Shown piece by piece: positions 39,666 through 52,987 of a stretch of 64,000 nucleotides of DNA. The notes beneath the pieces were generated by a model. That model worked only from the letters and a program-made list of their open reading frames with translations, was not told where the DNA came from and made no database searches. The stretch is taken from the NCBI GenBank assembly GCA_964016885.1, contig OZ024741.1, positions 164,548,001 through 164,612,000 of the forward strand, read 5' to 3'. The stretch is from Eledone cirrhosa. Taxonomy: Eukaryota. Position 1 is the stretch's first letter; each line of letters begins with the position of its first letter. Made by a program: the position numbers and the translations under genes.

Positions 39666-42543
39666 TGAGATGTATAATTTTTATATATATTTTTATAATA
39701 TATATATTACATATGTGTGTGTATATATATTGATAAATGTATGAATTGATGTATGTATTCTTGTGCAGATGTGTGTGAGTCTGTATGTGTCTCTGTCTAT
39801 ACCAGTCATGGGAAAACTGTAGCCCATTTGGTTTTCTGAATAGTACACCTAATTTCAAAATTGCCTTCAACTTTTTAGTAGTGCAGCCCACTTTATGAAA
39901 AGTCACATCTTATGTGGTCCACTGCTCGAAAATGGCTGCCCATAGCTAGCCTATACAGACAGGAATTCTTCAACTAGAACATTGTATAGTTGGTCAAAAA
40001 ATAATTTAATTAGACAGCTAACAGGAAGTTAACAGTGAATGTTAGTCATTAGTATAATAAAAATCAAAAGTCAAATTGAAGTAAAAGCTGGAGAAGATGT
40101 TAGTGAATGATTTCTAGTTGGTTTAGAATGATGTGTTAAGAAGCCATAAAATATTTGCCAAGTTTTTTATTGGTTAAAACACAACATTATTGATCACCAG
40201 CTAATGGTCTTATAATAATAATAATGAAAATTATTGTGTACAGTGCTCAGATGCACTACACCTTATCAAAGGTGTAGGTATAGTACATAGAATAATGTAC
40301 AAGCGTTAGGAAAGTGAACAGCATATGAGTCATGATACACACACACACATGTGTTTGTGTATATGGAGGTGGAATATCAGATGTTGTGTTGGTGTATTTC
40401 GGGAAGCATGGAAGTTTTGAAGGATGCAGTGTCCCGACAGCTAACAGTTGATGCAGGTAGATTGTTTCATGCTTCAGCAACTCTGCTTGTGCATGATTGT
40501 TAATTAACTCTTAACAACTTGTAATGATTTAGCAGAAAATAGCTAAAAACAGGCCTCTTAATTCAAATGTTTATATTTCCATTACTAGTGGTCAGATTGT
40601 GAACATTTTCAGTTAACTAAAGACTTTTATTTTTAATGTGATGCATTCAGTGTTGATTTGTTTTATATGCTTCAAAATATCTTGCTAATGCAGTTTCATG
40701 TAGTCCAGAACTTTATTAGTTAAAATGTCAAACTTTTCCTTACATATCTGAAAACTGATCACTGACAATTCCACTGCAACTCTATAACCAGGTTACATAT
40801 GTGTGACAAACATTTCAACACCACAAGGAATAAAGAAAAAGTGCATTTAACTTTTTGGTGGGTGTTTAACTGTCTAAAATGATTCTTCCATGGTGTAATG
40901 ACTTCAGTTTCAACAAATAGTCTCAGATCAAGACATTTGCAAAACACTAATATAACTTTAAAAAAAAAGAAAAAAAAAAAAACTATTCTAGCATCTTTAT
41001 AATCTATGCATATACACCTTTTAAACATCAGCATCATAAGAGTTGGGGGAGAAAAAATATAAAATGTGCTATCACTTCAGCACATTGAGAATAAAAATAA
41101 CATTTATTGATTCTATTTCACGTCAAAGTATATCGCATTTTTATTGACAATACCATCAAAGTTACCAAGACTAAGTTTATATGTATTCTTGTAAGCTTTC
41201 GATATTGTGAGTATATATATATATGTGTGTGTGTGTTTGTGTCTGTGTGTTTGTGTCTGTGTGTTTGTATGTTTGTGTTTGTGTGTGTGTGTTTGTGTGT
41301 GTTTGTGTGTGTGTATGTATTTGTGTGTGTGTCAACGGAAGTGTTTTATGTATAATCATGCATAAAAACAACGGAACATTGATTGAATGGGAATTCAAAA
41401 TATATATTGCCTTGAATAAAAAAGAACATATACCATCACCTTTTATCATCATCATCACTGTTTAACATTCTTTTTTCCCACCCTAGTATGGGTTAGACAA
41501 GCCAGGTATGATGATCATGTTTTGCTCTTACAGAACAGCTTGGTTTCTATGGCTGGATGCACCTCCTAACCCCAACCATATTTACACATACACAAAATTA
41601 GGTTAAATTCACAACATTTTCATCTGTCATGGTTTCAGTTGAGAATCATGGAACTTGTAGTTTCATAGATTGCCATGTTAATGGTACGTAAGTTCCTTAT
41701 ATATTTTACATATAAACAAAGTTGTGTAACCAAGTGGCCAAACTAATCATAAGCCATATTGATTTCAATGATCATTCTCTAAACATCCAGAATAGCAATT
41801 ATTTCCAGTATTGGATGTTTCAAAATATAAAGCCTGACTTAAGGGAGGTATATCTTTATGACTAGAGGAGGCAGTTATATCCTTTCCCTAAAAGGTCTGC
41901 ATGATACAATTAGAGATCATTTTCTGGCAGGTTAATGTACATAGGTTAATAAGGGAGGTTACATGAGAGTGGAGACAGGAATTATAAAATGATATATGAT
42001 AAACATAAATATATTTAACCTAAGGTCTAGCAAGTGAGGGGGAATAAAATACAGCTGTATTCTTGAAAGTGACTGTGTGATGGAGCAGAAAATATAGTAA
42101 AATTAAATTCTATTTAAAATTTAAATTAATGGAGACTAGGGTAGTCAAAGAGTTAAATACTAGTGGGCAGGGTGGAGCCATATACAAATGTTAATTGAGG
42201 AATAGAAAGAAACATAAAAATTTCAAATCAATAAATTAGTGAAATAATCAATAATTAACATAAGCCTAAAGCAAGTAGTATAGCTGGAGGCCTAGTTGAT
42301 TACATTGACTGAGTATATTGCCAGAACTTATTACATTACATGCACCCCCAGAAGGCTGATACGCAATCGATGTCAGTGAGATTTGAACTCAGCCATTACT
42401 AAGTATATATAACTGGTATAAAATTCTAAGATGGTGGTGATTGTGTTGTTTGCAATAATATTATTAGTAGTGGTGGTACTGGTGGTGTTTGAAATAGTAG
42501 TATTAACAGAGGTGGTGGTGGTGGAAGTAACAACAACAACAAC

Positions 42544-42577
<34 letters not shown>

Positions 42578-43498
42578 TAATCCTACCGTGAATATCTTCA
42601 AAAGAATAATTACAACTCACCTATAAAAAAAAAAAGAAAGAATGGTTAATTTTGTTTTGCATACATAGAACAAGCCTTTCATCCATTCCCTGCTATATTT
42701 CTAAAGAAAGACACTGTGTATGGTTATCAAAAAACTTTGAAAATAAAGAATTTGGAGGGATTTAGTAATATAGCTAACTTTCTCATTGTTAATTTGGAGT
42801 TTGGAACATAACAAAAGTTCTTACATAAAATTATGATGGAAAATTTTTATATAAAAATTAAAATTTTAAACCTTTCGTTTCCATATTTCTTAGAAATAAC
42901 ACCACCTGTGATTTTCAAATAATTTTGAAAATAATCAATAATTGTCTTATTAAGCTGGTGTTTCGAACAAAGGATCTTACATAAAATTGTGATGGGCGGC
43001 TTTTAGGTAAATATAACACTTTAAAATAAATGGTTTTGCATCAGAAAACCAGAGGTGGTTTCAAATGGTCTGGTATCAAAGGGTTAAAGAGTTAATGACT
43101 CCGTAGATTATGAGACAAAATTGCTTTGTGCTGTTTACCCGCCCACCCCACATAGATATATACACCCACACATATCTATATAGAGATATACACCCTCACA
43201 CTAAAAGGAGGTGGATTGGCAAAGTCATTGAGGCATCAGATTCAATATGTCTTGGTATTTGTACTGGCTTACTCTGTTCTGAGTTCAAAACTTGTTGATG
43301 TCAACTTTCCATTCACCCTTTCAAGGTTGATTAAATAAAGTGCCAGTCTTGTACTGGCATCAGTTCCCCCCCCCCCCTCCTCTCTCTCTCTCTCTCTACT
43401 GGGAGAAATCAACTGCACTCTGAGATGAGAGAGATGATCACTGCCAGGTTTAAAATTCCCAAGACAAATGTAAAAACATACACACACACACACACACA

Positions 43499-43549
<51 letters not shown>

Positions 43550-43642
43550 GTATGTAAAAGGTAAACAGAAATAACAACGCAATCGGTACAGTATATGGAA
43601 GGAATATATTAGGTTAACGCTTGAAATAGCAGGAAGAGAGGG

Positions 43643-43678
43643 TCTTAGCATTTCGGATGCTAGTCCTTCATCAGAAGA
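43643..43678 (-). ncRNA. Decayed minimal hammerhead motif, short helix II type
   Basis: tctt-CTGATGA-aGGActagcaTCC-GAAA-tgct-aaga. Resembles the CTGATGAAGG...CCGAAACGT pseudo-LTR motif of PLEs. The cleavage triplet is mutated. The tail runs into a TA/CA array. Confidence 0.5.
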
Positions 43679-44002
43679 AAGAATGAGAAATAAGATAGAT
43701 TGAAGGGATGGGCAGGGTGGTGATGAGTTTCTCCAATTTTCATCTACCAAATTCCTATCACAAGAGCATAGGTTAACTTGAGGCTATAGTAAAAGGAACT
43801 TGCCTAAGGTGGCACACAGCAGAATTGAACCCAGAATCACATGGTTGTGAATCTAAATCCTTAACCACACAGCAATGGCTCTGACAGAATATTGTGAAAT
43901 ATTTTGCAATGTATTATGTTTCTTTGAATAATATATCAAAACTCAGGATGGCTTTATATAGTTTTATTTTTATTTATATTTTCAATAAACATCCTTGTTC
44001 TC

Positions 44003-44548
44003 ACCATCACGACCATCTAGTCATCATCATCATCATCATCATCACCATCTATTCATCATCATCATCATCACCATCACCATCTATTCATCATCATCATCAT
44101 CATTACCATGACCATCTATTCATCATCATCATCATCACCATCACCATCTATTCATCATCATCATCACCATCACCATCTATTCATCATCATCATCATCATT
44201 ACCATGACCATCTATTCATTATCATCATCATCACCATCACCATCTATTCATCATCATCATCACCATCACCATCTATTCATCATCATCATCATCATCACGA
44301 CCATCTATTCATCATCATCATCACCATGACCATCTATTCATCATCATCATCATCATCATCATGACCATCTATTCATCATCATCATCACCATCACCATCTA
44401 TTCATCATCATCATCATTACCACGACCATCTATTCATCATCATCATCACCATCACCATCTATTCATCATCATCATCATCATGACCATCTATTCATCATCA
44501 TCATCATCACCATCACCATCTATTCATCATCATCATCACCACTATCTA
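44003..44548. repeat. (CAT)n compound minisatellite
   Basis: accatctatt(cat)n units. Confidence 0.9.
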
Positions 44549-44800
44549 ATTGTTGTCGTTATCATTGTCACCCCCCCCCCCTACCCCCCACCACCACCAA
44601 TGCTACATTCTCTTTCTCCATGTATAATAGAGTATAATAGATTTAGTTGAAATGAAAATAATTACTTTCCTGTCAGTGAAAGTCATTTCAAAATAACACA
44701 CACACTTACTTATGCATGTGTACATATTTCATACATACAAATATATTTATAAATAAATATGTATATAGCAGGGAAAGTGGATGTTGAATGGTGATGATGT

Positions 44801-44837
<37 letters not shown>

Positions 44838-44871
44838 CATATATACATACATATATATATATATATATATA

Positions 44872-45171
44872 TGCAGAGGTTATATTTAATTTGTTGGGAT
44901 TCAACAAGCTTAAAAAATGTATAACTGGTATAAAGCACTCAACAAGTTAGTGGAGTAAATACACAATATATTAATAAATGGAAACTATATTTATAAAACC
45001 ATATTTATTTTATTATACATATTTCAAGGGCAACAGAGGCAAATTATGGTGCGCTTTCATCAGATAAAATACAGATTTGGTTTATAAATAAATATTGACA
45101 TACCCAGAAATAAAAAGACAACCTTAACGGTTGGAGCTTCCTGGATAGTGGAAGTTTCCATTTATTAATAT

Positions 45172-45176
<5 letters not shown>
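44872..45176 (-). mobile_element. TA-inserted HHR element with 5' inverted segment
   Basis: Contains the 45006-45071 HHR. acaatatattaataaatggaaact (44963-44986) is inverted at 45153-45176, where it meets the TA array. Confidence 0.7.
45006..45071 (-). ncRNA. Type I hammerhead ribozyme motif, PLE type
   Basis: UAUUUUAU-CUGAUGA-[aagcgcacca...uguugcccuu]-GAAA-UAUGUA-UA^AUAAAAUA. Perfect 8-bp helix I, near-palindromic helix III. Confidence 0.8.
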
Positions 45177-45260
<84 letters not shown>

Positions 45261-45286
45261 ATACATATATATATATATACATGTAT

Positions 45287-45409
<123 letters not shown>

Positions 45410-45459
45410 TATGTATATATATATGTATATATATATATATGTATATATATATGTATATA

Positions 45460-45532
<73 letters not shown>

Positions 45533-45562
45533 ATATATATATATATATATACATATACATAC

Positions 45563-45660
<98 letters not shown>

Positions 45661-45678
45661 ATATACATATATATATAT

Positions 45679-45840
45679 ATGTAGGAGGTGTGTTTTATTG
45701 TAATACAATAAAGCAATGCAAATATCGGATAAGTAGCACTCAACAGTTTATAGGACTGGAGTATAAATAATATAAAATCAAAAGATGGTTAAAAGAGTTC
45801 CATGTATTTTATTATGTGCATTTAAAAAACAAATATCATC

Positions 45841-45841
<1 letters not shown>
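45679..45841 (-). mobile_element. 5'-truncated copy of the 46759-47143 element
   Basis: Near-identical tail and 3' ribozyme half (GAAA mutated to TAAA). Stops at aaatatcatca, near the helix II loop, inside a TA array. Confidence 0.75.
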
Positions 45842-45871
<30 letters not shown>

Positions 45872-45956
45872 CATATATACTTATGTACATATATATATAT
45901 ATACATATATACATATATATACAAATATACATATATATATATATACATATATATAC

Positions 45957-45989
<33 letters not shown>

Positions 45990-46107
45990 CACATATATAT
46001 ACATACATATATATATACATATATATATACACATATATATACATACATATATATATACACATATATATACATACATATATATATATACATACATATATAT
46101 ATACATA

Positions 46108-46409
46108 TCATTTTCATCATTTCATCATTTCATTTTACGTCCGGTGGGACGGGAACTGATTCTGGCTTGATTTCTACAGCTGGATGCTGAGTGCTGGGTG
46201 CTTTTTTGCCGTGGCACCTACACGACCACTATGCAGTGGAATGATAGGGACCCCAGTCCCTATCATCTCATTTCTACAGCTGAGTAAACTGGAGCAATGT
46301 GAAATAAAGTGTCTTGCTCAAAGAAACAACACATCACCCGGTCTGAGAATTGAACTCACAACCTTTCGATTGCAAGGCCAATGCTCTAACCACTAAGCCA
46401 TGTGCCTCC
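46108..46409 (-). mobile_element. SINE family 1 copy with internal deletions
   Basis: Same consensus, inside a TA-rich array. Confidence 0.8.
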
Positions 46410-46447
46410 ATATATATATATATATATATATACATACATATATATAC

Positions 46448-46478
<31 letters not shown>

Positions 46479-46646
46479 CATACATATATATATACACATA
46501 TATATATATACACATATATATGCATATATATATATATGTATGTGTATATATACACACACACATATATACACTCACACACACATATTTGTATATATATCTA
46601 TCTAGGGCGGGTAAAATACCCGAGATTGTATGTGTATATATATATT

Positions 46647-46734
<88 letters not shown>

Positions 46735-46885
46735 TATACATATATATATATATACATATGTAGGAGGTGAGTTTTATTGTAGTACAATAAAGCAATGCAG
46801 ATATCGGATAAGAAGCACTCTACAGTTTGTAGGACTGGAGTATAAATAATATATAAGATCAAAAGATGGTTAAAAGAGTTCCATG

Positions 46886-46956
46886 TATTTTATTATGCGC
46901 ATTTCAAAAACAAATATCATCATGCAATAACATTTGCGTTTTCGTCAGATAAAATA
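46886..46956 (-). ncRNA. Type I hammerhead ribozyme motif, PLE type (element-sense copy)
   Basis: Exact reverse complement of 47033-47103. Followed on the minus strand by a roughly 125-nt tail that ends in a TA array near 46759. Confidence 0.85.
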
Positions 46957-47032
46957 GGGAGACATGATATGAAGGTTAAAATACACTTGTGAATAGTGCA
47001 GTTTTAAATCAACATGTTGATTTAAAACTCCC

Positions 47033-47103
47033 TATTTTATCTGACGAAAACGCAAATGTTATTGCATGATGATATTTGTTTTTGAAATGCGCATAATAAA
47101 ATA
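47033..47103 (+). ncRNA. Type I hammerhead ribozyme motif, PLE type (inverted duplicate)
   Basis: UAUUUUAU-CUGACGA-[aaacGCAAAUGUUAUUG ca UGAUGAUAUUUGUuuuu]-GAAA-UGCGCA-UA^AUAAAAUA. Intact core, palindromic helix III, perfect helix I. Confidence 0.85.
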
Positions 47104-47356
47104 CATGGAACTCTTTTAACCATCTTTTGATCTTATATATTATATATACATATATATATAAATGATATCATCTGGGTTCAAAAACTAACATAACAATAGA
47201 CTCAAGTGTGTAAATCTAATGCTGTCCACAAGAAGTTAGTAATGACATTGGTGGTTAACTGCCAAAAATGGTAGACTGAAATCTGTTGTGGGTTTAGTTA
47301 CATCCTGTTTTAATTTCATTTCAAATCCTGTTATTGCTCACTTCCAGCCAATCATC

Positions 47357-47748
47357 CATCATCATCATTTCATTTTACGTCCACTTGCAAGCAGGGAAAA
47401 AGCAGATGTAAAATGAAATGATGATGATGATGATGATTTTCCCTGCTTGCAAGGGTGGGATGGGAACTGATTCTGGCTCGATTTCTACAGCTGGATGCCC
47501 TTCCTAACACCAACCTCATTTACAGTGAGTGCTGGGTGCTTTTTTGCCGTGGCACCTCCACAATCACTTTGCAGTGGAATGATAGGGACCCCAGTCCCTA
47601 TCATCTCATTTCTACAGCTGAGTAAACTGGAGCAATGTGAAATAAAGTGTCTTGCTCAAGGAAACAACACATCACCCGGTCTGAGAATTGAACTCACAAC
47701 CTTTCGATTGCAAGGCCAATGCTCTAACCACTAAGCCATGTGCCTCCA
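47357..47748 (-). mobile_element. SINE family 1 copy with rearranged 3' end
   Basis: The tail is duplicated in inverted orientation at about 47385-47435. Confidence 0.8.
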
Positions 47749-50639
47749 TCAAGCGTTAATAATGATTTCTGATTTAGGTACAAGGCCAGCAATTTTGGAG
47801 GTGGGGGGAAAGTTGACTAAATCGACCCCAGTGTGTGTCTGCTATTTTATTTTATCGACCCCGTAAGGGTGAAAGGTAAAGCTAGCCTGAACTCAGAATA
47901 TAAAGGGACGTAACTCTATGTTGTGATGCATGGTGTCCGACACTCTACCTATACTGCCAAACCACCGCCCTATCTAGTGTTAATGATATGTATACATATC
48001 AGAGGCTCTCTTGTTAATGTGGTTTCAGGTGGTTTGTTAATTCAAATGTTCATAGTATCTTTATTAGTGGACAGAATGTTGTGAAAATTTACAGTAAACT
48101 AAAGACTATAATTTTGAATGTGATGCAGCTCTAGTGCTGTTTTGTACTTTTGAAGAATGTCTTGTTAATTCCAAGTGGTTTGTTAATTCAAATGTTTATA
48201 GCATCTTTATTAGTCGACAGATTGTTTTGAAAATTTGCAATAAACTAAAGTAAAGACTTTAATTTTAAGCCTTTTATTATTAAATCACCTGAAGCCAATG
48301 CTGGTTCCATGAAAAATGACCACCCATTTTAAAAGCTTCCTATTTAAATTTAAATTTTCCAACATAATTTTAGAGAAGAACCATGTTAAGTTACTATTCT
48401 AGTAATGAAATACTTAATTTTAATAAATCCTTCAAAATTGTTAATAAATTTATTGAAATAGAGTGTATTTCATTTGAAATAAGATAATGCAAGAGTTAAA
48501 CACTTTGCTTAGTTCTTTTCTCCCCAAACAGTTACCCATTAGAACTCCTCATGTTTTTCAAGCTGGCGATGTTCCAGACTAAATAGCAATTGTATTAAAC
48601 TCATTATTCTGAGAAGGGTTAGAGTAGTCTTGGGCCACTGAAAATCTTCCTATTCAGGCCATAATAAATGAGGATGATGTTCATGATGATAGTTGTTTTG
48701 GTGATGATGATGATGATGATGACACATCTCCCCATGGGCCACAGACTAACTTTTTTTTAAAAATTACAATAATTAGACATTAATTAATGATGATGACAAT
48801 TACAGTGGTGGTGGTGTTGATGATGATGTTGATGATGAGGGTGATAATGGTGGTATTGGAGGTGATGATGATAATGTTTATGATAATAATGATGATAATG
48901 ATGATGATGGTGATAGATCTTCCTCATAAATGACATTTATAACAACAAATCAACAAAGACACTGAAATAATATTGAAATAGTTTATAGAAAAGATCAATA
49001 AATTTGTTGTGATTAAAAATGTAATTTGACACAACTTTTTCTGTCTACTATATCAACATTATTGAAAATTTAATGTTTGTTTTTCAATGTCTGCATGGGT
49101 CAGATAATGTGTGTATGTGTAAGTTTCCATGTTAGTACATATGTATGTATGTCTATGTTTGTGTGTGCATGTGTGTATGTATGTGGGCTATCTGTTTTTA
49201 TGTTTGTTCTGTGTGTGTCTATGAGTTTCCATGTTAGCACATGTGTGTGTATTTCTATGTTTGTGTGTGCATACATGTATGTGTGCATAAGTGTGTGCGT
49301 GTGGGGTGGGGGGTGGGGAGATCTGTTTTTATGTTTGTGTGTGCATGTTAGTTCTATGTGTGTGTATGTATGAGTTTCCATGCTATCGTATGCGTGTACA
49401 AACCTGTTTCTATGTGAGTCTGTGTGTATTTCTATATGCAAGTGTATGTTTCTGTGTTTCTATATACATTGTCCAATATGTTCTCCCTTTCTTTAAAATG
49501 GCAGAGAATTTATCTTCTATGTCTATCAGATTAGGTAACTGCATAGAGATTCCATCCTTATGGGGGTTGCTAGAAACCAGTCATATCCTGGGGCTCATTT
49601 AAGTAGACCATAATGTACTCAATACACCCTGTAAAGTGGTTGGTGGCAGGAAGGGCATTCAGCCATAAAAATAAACATGTGAAACAAAGGGATGGTATGA
49701 ATCTTTAGATGTGTCAAAGATATGACAATCTCTCTAGTATTGGTGATCAACATGATAATCACCTTCAGAAGAGCATCCAACCATAGTAAACCTGCCAAAT
49801 GAAGTGTTGGGAGGTCTCTTTAGCTCTGTCAAAGATATGACAACTTCCTTAATGCTGGTACCTTAATAAAATACACCTACTAGAGCATGGGAATGTATGT
49901 AAGTGAGAGGCAGCGGCCATGCACATCTGAGAGGCCTGTAGCTTTAAGTACTGACTTGGACTGTGACAATCCATCCAATTCTTGCTAGTAGAGAGAATAG
50001 ACATTAAATGATGATAAAATTGTTTCTACTGCCACAAGTAGAAACAATTATTATTGAAGCACCCCAGGGTCGTACACCCCTATCGGGGAATTTATTTTGT
50101 TATATTTATGCATAGTTTATTTTATATTTTTATATTTTCATTGTTAAATTAGTCTTGCCATTGTGCACTTTTACTCGACCTTATTGTAAACCCCCACTGT
50201 TCCTGTCTTTGTATTGTCCCCTACATGTCGGCCCTGGTGGCTAATAAATGAAATCATTATTATTATTATTAAAGGAAAATCTGGGTGGAGAGGGAAGTGC
50301 TCTCTTCCCAGCAATTTGTTGAAAGATGGGTGAGAGAGGCGAGCATGGCCTGAGTGAATGGGCTTGCTCTGAATATACACCTGTAGATTAGAGGTGGAAA
50401 ACTGGAAGAGGGCACTAGCCCTGGTGATCAGGGTCAGTGTAGCATTTTTAATGAGCTTTCTCCATGAGTGAGCCTCGGAGGTCTCCTCACTTATTGGGGA
50501 ATTTTCATTTGTTTCATTTTTTTTTGTTACATCCTTTGTATTTGTTTTTACACATAGAAACACCCATTTGTACTGTCCTGTGCTGTCCTTAATGTTATAC
50601 TTTGTGTCAACCCTTCTGGTTGATAAAGAAATTATTATT

Positions 50640-51040
50640 ATTAAAATAAAGTACCAGTAATGCACTGGAATAATTGCTAGCCTTGTGCCAAAAGTAGAAA
50701 CAATTATTATTATTATTATTCGCCGAGGTTGACTTTGCCTTTCATCCTTACGGGGTCGATAAAATAAAGTACCAGTAATGCACTGGGTAATTGCTGGCCT
50801 TGTGCCTAAAGTAGAAACAATTATTATTATTATTATAGGGTGGTAGATTGGCAGTATCGGTAGAGGGTCGGACGCCATGCTTTGCAGCATAGACGTACGT
50901 CCCTTTACGGTCTGAGTTTAAATCCCGCCGACGTTAACTTTGCCTTTCATCCTTAAGGGGTCAATAAAATTAAGTACCAGTAATGCACTGGGATAATTGC
51001 TGGCCTTGTGCCAAAAAGTAGAAACAATTATTATTATTAG
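50640..51040 (+). mobile_element. Tandem SINE family 2 copies of increasing length
   Basis: Two 5'-truncated copies and one full copy, each ending in (att)n. Confidence 0.8.
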
Positions 51041-51544
51041 GCTATTGGGTCGACTAAACAAATTATCATTTACTATTTCACATTTTTTTACACAGTGTAA
51101 CACTGTATAGTAGTCACATGTACACACACAAACACACACACATTCATGGATAAGAGTGATGTAAAGACACACATGTATAAGTCTGAAGCAGGTACAGACA
51201 TACACACATGTATAACAGTTATCTACATAAACACAGACACACACACACATGTCTAAAAGTGAGGTAGGCTCAAACATACACACATACACAGATACACACA
51301 TACACAGATACACATGGGTATAAGAATATGGTAAAATAGAGAAAATAATTTCCACAATCAACATGGTAATTACATATACATTATTGAGTTCCAAATTATA
51401 TGACATTGTGGTAATGGGAAAATATGTTCTAATTAGCTGGGGACACTGTTAACTCTTGAATAGGCCAACAATTTTGGGACTTTTCAATTAGGATATTCAC
51501 CAGAAAGAAACAAGAAAAAGTATATTTGCATACAATCATGTGTG

Positions 51545-51573
<29 letters not shown>

Positions 51574-51581
<8 letters not shown>

Positions 51582-51991
51582 GAAAACGAAAAAAATCAGT
51601 GTTGCATCTGAACTCAATTTATTGTGTGTTACAATTGTTTCGCTGGCGGAGAGGTCGAGACGCGATCATTGTGTGGATCTGTCTGATTCTGGACCCGCAG
51701 GTTTGACAGACACGTCTAATGATTTCGGAGCATATTCTCTCACTGTGAGAGAATATGCTCCGAAATCATTAGACGTGTCTGTCAAACCTGCGGGTCCAGA
51801 ATCAGACAGATCCACACAATGATCGCGTCTCGAGCTGTCCGCCAGCGAAACAATTGTAACACACAATAAATTGAGTTCAGATGCAACACTGATTTTTTTC
51901 GTTTTCTATTATATCATACTCTGCTCTGTAAGAGCATAGAGTGCTCAACCGGCATACCGCCTATGGAAGCATCTTAGCTACCATCAGACAG
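51574..51991 (+). mobile_element. TA-inserted element: 341-bp palindrome with half-hammerhead and 77-nt tail
   Basis: Palindrome 51574-51914 (axis 51744, two G.G mismatches seen). GAAA-CAATTG-TA^acacacaataaa at 51847-51870. Confidence 0.8.
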
Positions 51992-52013
51992 ATATATATA
52001 TATCCGCATATAT

Positions 52014-52650
52014 ATCATCATTCATCATCATCATTTCATTTTACGTCCGCTTTTTCCCTGCTTGCAAGGGTGGGACGGGAACTGATTCTGGCTTGATTTC
52101 TACAGCTGGATGCCCTTCCAAACACCAACCTCATTTACAGTGAGTACTGGGTGCTTTTTTGCCGTGGCACCTCCACGACCACTTTGCAGTGGAATGATAG
52201 GGACCCCAGTCCCTATCATCTCATTTCTACAGCTGAGTAAACTGGAGCAATGTGAAATAAAGTGACTTGCTCAAGGAAACAACACATCACCCGGTCTGAG
52301 AATTGAACTCACAACCTTTCGATTGCAAGGCCAATGCTCTAACCACTAAGCCATGTGCCTCCATATATATATATATCATCATCATCATCACCGTTTTACG
52401 TCTGTTCTTCCACGCTAGCATGGGTTAGACGGGTTGTCCTGTTGTGGGCAGTGTCTGGTCGGCTGACCATGCCTTGCTCATACAGGAACTGATTTGGCTT
52501 GATTTCTACAGCTGGATGCCCTTCCTAACACCAACCACATTTACAGTGAGTGCTGGGTGCTTTTTCGTGGCGCCTAAACGTCCACTTTACAGTGTGGGCT
52601 GGGTGATTTTTTGCCGTGGCACCTCCACGACCACCTTGCGGTGGGGTGTG
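52014..52650 (-). mobile_element. Two adjacent SINE family 1 copies (52014-52362 full, 52376-52650 head-less variant)
   Basis: Same consensus segments. Confidence 0.8.
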
Positions 52651-52759
52651 TGGGGGCATATTGTCTATATGCTTCAGCTTGTACCCATGGGAGGTCGGGT
52701 ACTCTGTATTACTGCGTGACGCCAGAGGTCACGGTCGTGTGTCATCGCCTTTGAGATAT

Positions 52760-52797
<38 letters not shown>

Positions 52798-52799
<2 letters not shown>

Positions 52800-52947
52800 C
52801 GAAGGAAATGTGGTAAGGAACCAGGTGGACCATAACGCACCAAAGTACTCAATACTTGAGGTAGTAGAGTGGGTAATAGGAACCAGTAAGACCCCGAGAA
52901 TTAGCCGTCGAAACGGCTTGAGCTCAGCTGTCGGGGTCTTACTGGTT

Positions 52948-52952
<5 letters not shown>
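52798..52952 (-). mobile_element. Family A copy 5, tail-proximal arm truncated
   Basis: Reverse-complemented tail, ataggaaccagtaagacccc, then gagaattagccgtcGAAAcggc..gctgTCggggtcttactggttcctat, TA-flanked. Confidence 0.8.

Positions 52953-52987
<35 letters not shown>

Larger units (their letters stand above)
46759..47143 (-). mobile_element. TA-inserted HHR element with 116-bp inverted duplication
   Basis: Inverted repeat 46846-46961/47028-47143 plus a 30-bp perfect palindrome at 47000-47029. A second copy at 45679-45841 is 5'-truncated within helix II. Confidence 0.8.

Noticed and set aside
51622-51866. Near-identical 66-aa ORFs on both strands
   Set aside because: A consequence of the palindrome, with a non-ATG start.
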